This document shows, piece after piece, positions 8,338-15,977 of a DNA stretch of 36,389 bases. Origin of the DNA: Acidobacteriota bacterium (GTDB lineage: Bacteria; Acidobacteriota; Thermoanaerobaculia; UBA5066; Gp7-AA6); NCBI GenBank assembly GCA_031370065.1, contig JANMPW010000002.1:1-36389 (forward strand), written 5' to 3'. A program made the translations under genes and the position numbers. The stretch's first letter is position 1. Every line of letters begins with the position of its first letter. A model generated the notes under the pieces. It made no database searches. It saw only the letters and a list, made by a program, of their open reading frames with translations, and had not been told where the DNA came from.

Positions 8338-9101
8338 CGCCCAGCCCTGGCCCCTGCCAGGAATGCCCGCGGGGCCCCGGGCGTTTTGCATCCCGAATGC
8401 ACCCCAACTCCATCCTGGCGGGGCTCTTCCTTGCCACCGGACTCCTGGCTTCGTCCTGCCTGCGGGCAGAGCTCATCGTCTTCGAGGACGGGCGCGTGGT
8501 GAAGGCCTCCGGCTACCTTCTCTTGGGCGAGGAGCTGGAAATCCGGCTTCCGGGCGGGGGCAGCTACCGGGTGGACCTCTCGCGTGTCGAGCGGATCGTG
8601 GACGATGAGGTCGTGGTCGACACCGTGGTCGTCGAGGACGATGCGCTCAGTTCCGGGCTCGCGTACGACCTCTCGTACAAGGAGGGGCGCAGGCCGCTCT
8701 TCGGCTCCGACTTCGACGCCCTCATCGACCGCGAGGCGAAGAAGCAGAACATCGACGCGTCTTTCGTGTCGGCGCTGATCCGCGCGGAGTCCAACTACGA
8801 GCCGCGCGCCCTCTCGCGCAAGGGCGCCCGGGGACTCATGCAGCTCATGCCGGCGACGGCCCGGCGGCTGTCCGTGCGTAGGCCCTTCGACCCGGCTTCG
8901 AACGTGCGCGGCGGAGTGCAGTACCTGCGCGAGCTCGTGGACCGCTTCGGTCATCACCCCGAGCTCATTCTCGCCGCCTACAACGCGGGGGAGGGCGCGG
9001 TCGAGACCTATGGCGGCGTTCCCCCGTACCGCGAGACGATCGCCTACGTGAATCGGATCCTGAAGTGGTGGCGCCCGGCGGAGCTTGCAGCCGAGCGTTA
9101 G
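8334..9101 (+). CDS. lytic transglycosylase (SLT domain) with N-terminal signal/lipoprotein-like segment
   Basis: SLT motifs are present: ALIRAESNYEPRALSRKGARGLMQLMPATA (catalytic Glu-Ser) and AAYNAGEGAV. ATG 8334 overlaps the xerD stop (ATGA). An alternative ATG at 8397 gives MHPNSILAGLFLATGLLASSC, a signal plus Cys. Confidence 0.85.
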   Translation: MTPSPGPCQECPRGPGRFASRMHPNSILAGLFLATGLLASSCLRAELIVFEDGRVVKASGYLLLGEELEIRLPGGGSYRVDLSRVERIVDDEVVVDTVVVEDDALSSGLAYDLSYKEGRRPLFGSDFDALIDREAKKQNIDASFVSALIRAESNYEPRALSRKGARGLMQLMPATARRLSVRRPFDPASNVRGGVQYLRELVDRFGHHPELILAAYNAGEGAVETYGGVPPYRETIAYVNRILKWWRPAELAAER

Positions 9102-9124
9102 CCCGCAGCACTCCCGGGAAAGTC

Positions 9125-9174
9125 GTAGGGGCGGCCCTTGGGGCCGCCCGGGCGGGGCAAGCCCGGGCCCCTAC
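9125..9174. terminator. GC-rich nested hairpins between convergent genes (terminator-like)
   Basis: There is a 9-bp stem 9129-9137 (GGGCGGCCC) / 9141-9149 (GGGCCGCCC) and an alternative stem 9147-9153 (CCCGGGC) / 9161-9167 (GCCCGGG). An outer pairing is GTAGGGG 9125-9131 / CCCCTAC 9168-9174. The structure lies between the slt stop (9101) and the stop of the minus-strand gene (9171). There is no clear U-tract. Confidence 0.4.
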
Positions 9175-9515
9175 GAGCCGGCCCGCGCGATCGATCTGAC
9201 GAGGATCGTGTCTCCTTCGATCCGGCCCGCGATGCGGACCTTTTCGCCGGCGAATGGTCGGGGCAGCTCCTGGTCGTCCAGCTGGAAGGTCGCCCCCTTC
9301 GCGACGCACTTGAGAGTGCACTCCTTGTCGTTCTTGCCCATGTTGCCCTTCGCTCGCATGGGGGCGTGGTCAGGGCCGCATTCCGTGTCCGCGATAAAGC
9401 CAACGAAGATCTGGTCCGCGGGCGGATCGCCCGCGAGAAGCCCGAAGACGGGGAGCGCGCACGCGAAGAGCCGGGGCAACGGCCCGCGCTGACGGCCCCG
9501 GTAAGATGCGGCCAT
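9171..9515 (-). CDS. small secreted Cys-containing hypothetical protein
   Basis: In-frame ATG at 9515 within ORF 9171..9701 gives 114 aa: MAASYRGRQRGPLPRLFACALPVFGLLAG (signal-like), then FVGFIADTECGPDHAPMRAKGNMGKNDKECTLKCVAKGATFQLDD...KVRIAGRIEGDTILVRSI. GC3 bias is good. The part upstream of 9515 is antisense to the M20 peptidase gene. Confidence 0.6.
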   Translation of the reverse strand: MAASYRGRQRGPLPRLFACALPVFGLLAGDPPADQIFVGFIADTECGPDHAPMRAKGNMGKNDKECTLKCVAKGATFQLDDQELPRPFAGEKVRIAGRIEGDTILVRSIARAGS

Positions 9516-10920
9516 GAGAATGCAGAGCATACTCGCAACAGCGATGTTGACGGGCGCGGCGTGGGCCCGCACGGCGGTCGGGGCGGGCCCGCCGGACTTC
9601 GCCGCGGCCGAGAGCGAGGCGGTCGGCCTGCTCCAGGCGTACCTGCGGCTGGACACGACGAACCCTCCTGGAAGCGAACGGCTCGCCGCCGACTTTTTCA
9701 AGGAGATCTTCGACCGGGAAGGGATCGAGAGCCGGATTTACGACCTCGGCAAGGGTCGCGCGAACATTCTCGCGCGCCTGCCGGGCAACGGGGCGAAGCG
9801 GCCGCTCCTCCTCCTCAATCACCTCGACGTCGTGCCCGCAGATGCAGAGCGATGGACCGTCCCGCCGTTCTCGGGGGACATCCGGGACGGCTTCGTGTGG
9901 GGGCGCGGCGCCACGGACATGAAGGGCACGGCGATCTGCCAACTCGTCACCCTGCTGCTGCTGAAGCGGTCCGGCGTTGCGCTCGACCGCGACGTGATCT
10001 TCCTCGGGACGGCCGACGAGGAGGAGGGCAGGGACAACGGGGTCGCCGCAATGGTGGACCGGTACCGGTCCGACCTGCGCGACGCCGAGTATTGCCTGAC
10101 GGAGGGCAATACGATCTCCGTCGAAGACGGGCGCACCGTGGCCTGGGAAGTGGACGTCACGGAGAAGGCGCCGCTCTGGCTCAAGCTCGTCGCCAAGGGC
10201 AAGGCCGGCCACGCCTCGATCCCGGAGCCCGACGGGGCCGTGGCGCACCTCATCCGCGCCCTCGCCCGGATCCTCGACTTCGAGCCGCCGGTGCGCCTGA
10301 TCCCCGCCGTCGATGCCTATTTCCGCCAGCTCGCTCCAACGTCGAAGGGCGAGGTCGGCCGGGCGCTCGCCAATCCCCGCGCGGCACTCGACGACCCGGT
10401 CCTGCGCAGGCTCCTGCTCTCGGACCCGACGCGCAGCGCGTATCTCCGTACGACCATCTCCGTGACAGGGCTCTCGGGAAGCGAAAAGATCAACGTCATT
10501 CCCGGCGAGGCAACGGCCGCGCTCGATTGCCGCCTGCTGCCCGGCGAGGACCCGCACCGGTTCCTCGCGACCCTGCGGGAGGTCGCCGCGGATCCCTCGC
10601 TGCGATGGGACGTGCAACTGTCCGAGATCGCCACCGAGTCGCCCATCGACACGGCGCTCTTTCACGCGATCGAGCGCGCGCGCAACCGCTTTTCTCCGGG
10701 AGTGCCCGTTCTGACGCCGCCGTTGACGTCGTCCACCGACGCCTCGCGGCTGCGCCAGATCGGGTTGGTGGTCTACGGATTTGAGCCGTTCCGGCTTTCG
10801 GAGGACGACGACCGCAGCCACGGGGACGACGAGCGGCTCTCTGTCGAGAACGTCCGCTTCGGACTCGAGGTCACTTACTCCATCGTCCTCGATGTCGCGG
10901 GGACTCCCGCGGGGCGGTAG
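9514..10920 (+). CDS. M20/M25/M40-family metallopeptidase (ArgE/DapE/ACY1/CPG2-like), secreted
   Basis: N-terminal signal is MRMQSILATAMLTGAAWA. Family motifs: LLLNHLDVVPA, GRGATDMKG, FLGTADEEEG and HGDDERLSVEN. The start could also be ATG 9520. Confidence 0.88.
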   Translation: MRMQSILATAMLTGAAWARTAVGAGPPDFAAAESEAVGLLQAYLRLDTTNPPGSERLAADFFKEIFDREGIESRIYDLGKGRANILARLPGNGAKRPLLLLNHLDVVPADAERWTVPPFSGDIRDGFVWGRGATDMKGTAICQLVTLLLLKRSGVALDRDVIFLGTADEEEGRDNGVAAMVDRYRSDLRDAEYCLTEGNTISVEDGRTVAWEVDVTEKAPLWLKLVAKGKAGHASIPEPDGAVAHLIRALARILDFEPPVRLIPAVDAYFRQLAPTSKGEVGRALANPRAALDDPVLRRLLLSDPTRSAYLRTTISVTGLSGSEKINVIPGEATAALDCRLLPGEDPHRFLATLREVAADPSLRWDVQLSEIATESPIDTALFHAIERARNRFSPGVPVLTPPLTSSTDASRLRQIGLVVYGFEPFRLSEDDDRSHGDDERLSVENVRFGLEVTYSIVLDVAGTPAGR

Positions 10921-11052
10921 CGAAGAGCGGCGCTCCGCTTGGGTGTCGTCGGGCCACCCTTGGGCCGCCCGCGATCGTCACGTGTTGTCGAGGCGGGCGG
11001 GGCGAGCCCCGCTCCCACAACCCGAATGCGCGATCGGCGCTCTGTTGACCGC

Positions 11053-12414
11053 CTAGCACGACCGGCGTTTCATCGCGAAGTAGAACGGAAGGCCGAGCAG
11101 GAGAATCGCGACGCCGGCCAGCGTCTCCTTCGGCTGCTCGCGCACGGTGTTGGCGGCGAGCAGGATGGAGCTCACGACGAAGAGCAACGGCACGACGGGG
11201 TAGCCCGTGCAGCGGTACGGCCGCGCGAGGTCCGGCCGGCGGCGGCGGAAGATAAAGAGCGCGATGCCCGTGGCGGCGTACGCCAAGATCACGGCGAAGG
11301 TCGCATAGGTGTAGAGCTGGTCGTACCGGCCCGAGAGACAGAGCAGCGACATCCAGATCGCCTGCACGACGAGCGCGAACGCCGGGGTGCGAAACCGGGG
11401 GTGCACACGGCCGAAGGCCTTCGGGAAGAGTCCGTCCTTCGAGAGGGCGTAAACGATGCGCGGGCCGGGGACGATTCCGGCCGACAGGCACCCGAGGGCG
11501 GCAGCCGTCACGGCGAGGGCGATGACCGAGGCGGCGCCGGGCCCGAAGAGCCTCGTGGAGGCCAGGGTGGCCGGCTGTGCCACGTTCGCCATCTCGGCGG
11601 GTGGGATTGCTTTCAAGAAGGCCACGTTCACGGCCACGTAGAGGACCGTGACGACGGCCGTGCCGACGAGCAGCGCCAGCGGGAGATTGCGCTCGGGCCG
11701 AGCGACTTCGCCCGCCGCGGCGACGATTTCATTCCAGCCGTAGAAGCACCAGAACACGGCGATCATCGCCGTGCCGAAGGCCGCTGCTGTGATCGGGGCC
11801 GCGGGCGATGCGGGCGCGAAGATTCCGGGGGAGGGCGCCAGCGCGCCGCCGACGGCGATCCAGAGCAGCGCGAGGAGGATGAGCGCCGTGAAAAGGCCCT
11901 GGATCCGAGCCCCCTCGCGCACCCCGATGTAGTGGGTCGCCGTCAGGACCAGAACGGCGGCGACAGCTACGAGCTGGCCCGCCGTGATCGAGACCGGGCC
12001 GAGGGCCAGGACGACGTGCCTGTTGGAGAGGCCCGGGAAGAATACCGAGAGGTACTCGGCGAAGCCGGCCGCGACGGCGGCGTCGGCGCCGGCCAGGATG
12101 ATCCAGTAGGCGACCCAGGCGTAGAGAAACGCCGGCAGAGATCCGAAGGCCTCGCGGATGTAGACGTACATGCCGCCGGACTCCGGGATCATCGCGCCCA
12201 TTTCGGCGTAGACGAAGCCACCGGCGATGGAAAGAAGCCCGCCGACGACCCAGGCCGCCAGAATCCACGGGCTCGAGGGCAGCGCCTTCGCGATGGCGCT
12301 CGGCGTCAGGAAGATGCCGCCGCCCACGACGAGGCCGAACACGAGCATCGACGTGTCCCAGAGGTTCAGGCCCCGGGACAGTCCGGGGGATGACGCCGGT
12401 CGCGAGGCACTCAC
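11053..12414 (-). CDS. APC-superfamily amino acid permease
   Basis: 453 aa, about 12 hydrophobic segments. The N-terminal GGGIF...AEMGAMIPESGGMYVYIREAFG signature is typical of APC/amino-acid-polyamine transporters. Its GTG start overlaps the kce stop (GTGA, 12411-12414). Confidence 0.9.
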   Translation of the reverse strand: MSASRPASSPGLSRGLNLWDTSMLVFGLVVGGGIFLTPSAIAKALPSSPWILAAWVVGGLLSIAGGFVYAEMGAMIPESGGMYVYIREAFGSLPAFLYAWVAYWIILAGADAAVAAGFAEYLSVFFPGLSNRHVVLALGPVSITAGQLVAVAAVLVLTATHYIGVREGARIQGLFTALILLALLWIAVGGALAPSPGIFAPASPAAPITAAAFGTAMIAVFWCFYGWNEIVAAAGEVARPERNLPLALLVGTAVVTVLYVAVNVAFLKAIPPAEMANVAQPATLASTRLFGPGAASVIALAVTAAALGCLSAGIVPGPRIVYALSKDGLFPKAFGRVHPRFRTPAFALVVQAIWMSLLCLSGRYDQLYTYATFAVILAYAATGIALFIFRRRRPDLARPYRCTGYPVVPLLFVVSSILLAANTVREQPKETLAGVAILLLGLPFYFAMKRRSC

Positions 12415-13235
12415 CCCGCGGCCGGCAGATGGAGGATTTGCCGCGCCTCCGAGATCGAGGCGGGCTCTCTTCCGACTTCGCGCGCGATGCGGACGATGCG
12501 CTCGACGAAACGGGCGTTCGAGTCCGCAAGCTCGCCCTTGCGGTAATGGATGTTGTCTTCGAAGCCGACGCGCACGTGTCCCCCCATGGCGATCGCGAGC
12601 GTCGCCATCGCGGTCTGACGCCGGCCGATGCCGGCAACCGTCCAGGTGCAGCCGGCCGGAATTGAGCGCGCGAAGTGAAGCAGAGTCTCGGCAGTGGCCG
12701 CGGCGGCGCCGGGCACACCGAGCACGAAATCGAAGTGGGCTGGCGGCGCGAGCAGGCCCTTCGCGAAGAGGAAGTCGGCCGTCGAGAGCATCCCGTCGTC
12801 GAAGATCTCCAGCTCTGGCACGATCCCGAACTTGCGGATGCGCTCGAGGATGGTCCGGATCGTCGGCAGGGAATTCTCGAAGATCTCCTCGCCGAAGTTG
12901 CAGGTACCCAGGGTGAGCGTGGCCATGTCGGGCCGGAGCGTGAGCGCTTCGATCCGCTCCTCGACGCCCATGCCCACGGCGCCGCCCGTGGAGAACTGCT
13001 GGATGATCGGGCAGCGCGCGCGGATCGCCGCTGCGTAGGCCCGGAAGGTCTCGAGGTCCTGGGTGGGCCGGCCGTCGGGCCTCCTGCCGTGGACGTGCCC
13101 GATCGTTGCGCCGGCGTCGAAGGCGCGTTTGTACTCGTCGCCGACTTCGTCCGGCAGAAGGGGGAGGTTCGGCTGCTGCGTACGCATGACCTCGGCGCCC
13201 ACGCCTGCCACGGTGATGAGAAGCGCGTCGCTCAC
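12411..13235 (-). CDS. kce: 3-keto-5-aminohexanoate cleavage enzyme (BKACE/DUF849 family)
   Basis: 274 aa from in-frame GTG 13235: [51 protein letters not shown]...[11 protein letters not shown]. This is the TIM-barrel BKACE pattern with HxH and a GFED-type Zn site. Its position next to kal/kamDE/kdd supports Kce. The upstream 160 codons of ORF 12411..13715 overlap kal out of frame and are Arg/Pro-rich. Confidence 0.85.
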   Translation of the reverse strand: MSDALLITVAGVGAEVMRTQQPNLPLLPDEVGDEYKRAFDAGATIGHVHGRRPDGRPTQDLETFRAYAAAIRARCPIIQQFSTGGAVGMGVEERIEALTLRPDMATLTLGTCNFGEEIFENSLPTIRTILERIRKFGIVPELEIFDDGMLSTADFLFAKGLLAPPAHFDFVLGVPGAAAATAETLLHFARSIPAGCTWTVAGIGRRQTAMATLAIAMGGHVRVGFEDNIHYRKGELADSNARFVERIVRIAREVGREPASISEARQILHLPAAG

Positions 13236-13600
13236 GGGCGGCTCCTCTGCTTGTCGAGCGGCACGACGCAGGTACCCACGGCTCGCGCCACGACCTCCGG
13301 CGGCTCCATGAGCCGCGCCGAGGAGCCTTCCCCCGGCGCGATGACCTTGCGCGCCTCGAAGCGCATCTCGCGGGACGTCTTGCCCACGCGCGTGATCTCT
13401 GCCTCGACCTCGAGGTAGTCGCCGCCGCGGACCGGTGCCAGAAATTCGACCGACGAGTAGGCGCGCAAGAGGCCCTCGTCCCCGTCGTGGCGGATGAGCA
13501 GCTCGGTGGCTGCGTCGCCGAAGAGCTTCAGCACGAACGCGCCGTCCACGAGGCCTCCGCCGTAGTGCGCCTGCTCGGCGCCCACACGCAAACGGAGCAC
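13232..13600 (-). CDS. kal: 3-aminobutyryl-CoA ammonia-lyase (hot-dog fold)
   Basis: 122-aa hot-dog-fold-like protein ([24 protein letters not shown]...[44 protein letters not shown]). GTG start with GGAG 8 nt upstream. Its stop overlaps the kce start (GTGA). The functional call rests mainly on size, fold and its conserved position between kamE and kce. Confidence 0.7.
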   Translation of the reverse strand: MLRLRVGAEQAHYGGGLVDGAFVLKLFGDAATELLIRHDGDEGLLRAYSSVEFLAPVRGGDYLEVEAEITRVGKTSREMRFEARKVIAPGEGSSARLMEPPEVVARAVGTCVVPLDKQRSRP

Positions 13601-13617
13601 GACGCGCTCCGACCCGC

Positions 13618-14376
13618 TCAGGAGTCCGCTCCGGAAAGGCCGTGACGGCGGGAGAGCTCCTCGAGCAGGAAGGCCGCCACGCGGGATGCCGTCGTGCCCG
13701 GGCCGAAGCCCGCATCGTAGCCGAGCTCCTTCGCGAGGGCGTGGTCCACGCGTGCCCCGCCGGCGACGAGAACGACGCGGTCGCGCAGCCGCTCCGCCTC
13801 GAGCATGTCGACGAGGTCGGTCAGGTGCCGGATGTGGATCTCGTTCTGGGTCACCGTGGCGGACACGAGGAGGGCGTCGGCCTTCGCGTCGCGGACCTGC
13901 CGGGCGACCTCGGCCACGGGGACCTGCGCGCCGAGGTTGCGGGCGTCGAACCCGTGGTAGCGCTCGAGGCCGTAGTCGCCGGCGTAGCCCTTCATGTTGA
14001 AGATCGCGTCGAGGCCGACCGTGTGGGCGTCAGACTCGAGGGCGCAGCCGAGGACCACCAGGCGCCGGCCGAATCGCAGGGCGATCTCGGCGTCGATCTC
14101 TTCGCGATCGAGCGCGGCCGCCGGGGCTTCCTCGGCCGTGATCGCGGCAACGTCCACGTCGTGGGTGGCGCGCCCGTAGACGATGAAGTACGTGAAGTCC
14201 GGAGCGATCGCCTCGGCGAGCGTCACGTACGGCTCGCGGATCCCCATCTTCGACACGTAGCGCTTGGCCGCCTCGGCCGCCACGGCTGACTTCGGGATGG
14301 GCAGCGTGAACGAGATCTGGACGGCGCCGTCGTTCTTCTTGTCGCCGTAGGGGCGGACCGCCTTCGGCGCGCTCAC
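13618..14376 (-). CDS. kamE: beta-lysine (D-lysine) 5,6-aminomutase beta subunit, B12/PLP-binding
   Basis: Cobalamin-binding DxHxxG motif ([10 protein letters not shown]) in a Rossmann-like C-terminal half, and N-terminal [19 protein letters not shown] typical of KamE. I chose GTG 14376, which overlaps the kamD stop (GTGA). Confidence 0.9.
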   Translation of the reverse strand: MSAPKAVRPYGDKKNDGAVQISFTLPIPKSAVAAEAAKRYVSKMGIREPYVTLAEAIAPDFTYFIVYGRATHDVDVAAITAEEAPAAALDREEIDAEIALRFGRRLVVLGCALESDAHTVGLDAIFNMKGYAGDYGLERYHGFDARNLGAQVPVAEVARQVRDAKADALLVSATVTQNEIHIRHLTDLVDMLEAERLRDRVVLVAGGARVDHALAKELGYDAGFGPGTTASRVAAFLLEELSRRHGLSGADS

Positions 14377-15932
14377 CCGCTGGCTCCTGCGGGCGCCTCG
14401 CTCCACGCCTCCATAAAAGGATTGGCATACGCGGCGCCGAGGCGAACCACGCCGTCAAACCCGCGGCCACGGTCCCGGGGCCGGCGGGTGTCCGCGAAAA
14501 CGCCCGAGGCGAGGGCTTCGACCAGGCCTTTCTGGCCCACGGTCTCCAGGATCCGCTCGGCATCCCGGAGGACCTCGTGCGCGCGTTTCACGATCCGTCC
14601 GCCCGGCGGGAACGTGATTTCCTCGGAGAGATGCCGCGCGTTCTTCCGGATCGTCTTCGCCTGCTCGATCGCCAACCAGCGGTCGTGCAGGAAGGGGGTG
14701 TGCAGCGCCTCGGTCAGCATCCCGAGCAGGTGGATCGACTGGCCCGTCGCGACCGACGTCAGCATGAAGAGCGTGTTCTGCTGGTAGCCGCGGAAGATGT
14801 TGCCCGTCATGTGCTTGGTCGGCGGCATGTACTTGAGCGGCGCGTCCGGGAAGATCTCCCTCGCCGTCTCGGCCTGCGCGATCTCGTAGAGCAGTCCGTC
14901 CTCGAGCTCGGGGTCGATCTCGAAGGCATGGCCGAGGCCGATCTGCCAGTCCTCGAGGCCGGCGTTCTTCGCGAGCCGCTCGTTGATGAACTGAGAGGCG
15001 AGAACCGCGGGCGCCTGCTCGATGGCGTCGGCCGTCGTGAGGTAGTTGTCCTCGCCCGTGTTGATCACGACGCCCGCGGCCGCGTTGATCCGGCGCGAGA
15101 AGTTCTGGTCGATCAGAGTGCGCAGAGGGTTGATGTCCCGGAAGATGATGCCGTAGAGGGCGACGTTCAGCATCATGTCGAGGCGCTCGAGGGCGCCCAT
15201 CGCCGCGATCTCCGGCATGCACAGGCCCGAGCAGTAGTTCACCAGGCGCACGTACCGGCCGATCTCGGGCTCGACCGCGTCCAGGGCCGCGCGCATCAGG
15301 CGGAAGTTCTCCTGCGTGGCGAAAGTCCCGCCGAAACCGGAGGTGGTCGCGCCGAAGGGCACGTGGTCGAGCAGCGACTGCGCCGTCGAGCGGATGACGG
15401 CGATGCACTGGGCCCCGGCGCGGGCGGCCGCCTCGGCCTGCACGAGATCCTCGTGGATGTTCCCGGTGGCGACGATGGCGTAGAGGAGCGGCAGCTCTTC
15501 GGGTGGATGCGAGGCCTGGCGGCGCTCGCGCTCGGTGCGGTTGCCGCGGATCCGCGCCACCGTCGCTTCCACGTGGGGCGCGACGGCCTCGCGCCAGCGC
15601 GGGTGCTCCGAGAGCGCGGCGGCTTTCTTCGGGTCGGCCAGGAGCGCGGCGGCTTCGGAAACGCTTCGGGCGCCCTGCTCCAGGGCGCTGCCCATCCAGA
15701 GGGCCGCCCCCTGCGCGAGCCTGCCGCAGGCCTGGAGGGACTCGATCACCCGGTTAGGAATCGGGACGTCGTCCGCGTCCACACCGTCCACGCCGCAGAG
15801 ACGCAGGACGGTGCGCTCGGTCGCGACGGTCGTGTATTGGCTGGTCTCCTCCCGCACCCCGTCCGCGACCTGGCGCGCGAGGCGCCGGCAGCGCTGGATC
15901 TGTTCGGGGCAGAGGCCGAGCTTCGGGACCAT
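14373..15932 (-). CDS. kamD: beta-lysine (D-lysine) 5,6-aminomutase alpha subunit
   Basis: 519 aa, alignable along its whole length to my recollection of Clostridium 5,6-LAM alpha. Matching stretches include LLYAIVATGNIHEDL, GATTSGFGGTFATQENFRLMR, NYCSGLCMPEIAAMGA, INTGEDNYLTTADA, LKYMPPTKHMTGNIF and HLLGMLTEALHTPF. Confidence 0.95.
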   Translation of the reverse strand: MVPKLGLCPEQIQRCRRLARQVADGVREETSQYTTVATERTVLRLCGVDGVDADDVPIPNRVIESLQACGRLAQGAALWMGSALEQGARSVSEAAALLADPKKAAALSEHPRWREAVAPHVEATVARIRGNRTERERRQASHPPEELPLLYAIVATGNIHEDLVQAEAAARAGAQCIAVIRSTAQSLLDHVPFGATTSGFGGTFATQENFRLMRAALDAVEPEIGRYVRLVNYCSGLCMPEIAAMGALERLDMMLNVALYGIIFRDINPLRTLIDQNFSRRINAAAGVVINTGEDNYLTTADAIEQAPAVLASQFINERLAKNAGLEDWQIGLGHAFEIDPELEDGLLYEIAQAETAREIFPDAPLKYMPPTKHMTGNIFRGYQQNTLFMLTSVATGQSIHLLGMLTEALHTPFLHDRWLAIEQAKTIRKNARHLSEEITFPPGGRIVKRAHEVLRDAERILETVGQKGLVEALASGVFADTRRPRDRGRGFDGVVRLGAAYANPFMEAWSEAPAGASG

Positions 15933-15955
15933 TCGGTCTGAAAGTATAGCCGTGA

Positions 15956-15977
15956 GGTCAGGCAGACGAGCCTGACC
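15956..15977 (-). other. perfect 8-bp stem-loop at the P-loop gene / kamD junction
   Basis: GGTCAGGC (15956-15963) / GCCTGACC (15970-15977) with a 6-nt loop, covering the stop codon of the P-loop gene (15958-15960). A third GGTCA lies at 15981-15985. On the mRNA strand it is followed by the locally AT-rich CACGGCTATACTTTCAGACCGA and then the kamD ATG. Confidence 0.4.

Noticed and set aside
9138-10821. 548-aa (+) and 483-aa (-) ORFs overlapping the M20 peptidase gene, and the 369-aa (-) ORF 7367..8476 over xerD
   Set aside because: These are alternative-frame or antisense ORFs with extreme Arg/Gly/Pro content. The overlapped genes carry clear family motifs.
10990-11015. Short hairpin GCGGGG-CGAG-CCCCGC (10997-11012) between the convergent M20 peptidase and permease genes as a terminator
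   Set aside because: The stem is only 6 bp with no U-tract on either strand, which is too weak to call in such GC-rich DNA.
13236-13715. Upstream extension of the kce ORF. Similar extensions occur at 28725-29432 (aminotransferase), 30785-31723 (secreted protein), 34967-35542 (unknown protein), 5994-6119 (LeuA-like) and 23889-24470 (membrane protein)
   Set aside because: Each extension overlaps a well-supported neighbouring gene, has junk composition, and is unnecessary. An in-frame start coincides with the beginning of the recognisable domain or signal peptide, usually in a 4-nt overlap with the neighbour's stop.
15943-15948. TATACT hexamer 13 nt upstream of the kamD ATG as an internal -10 promoter element
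   Set aside because: No acceptable -35 element lies at 16-18 nt spacing. AT-richness alone is not sufficient. It is kept only as part of the stem-loop finding.
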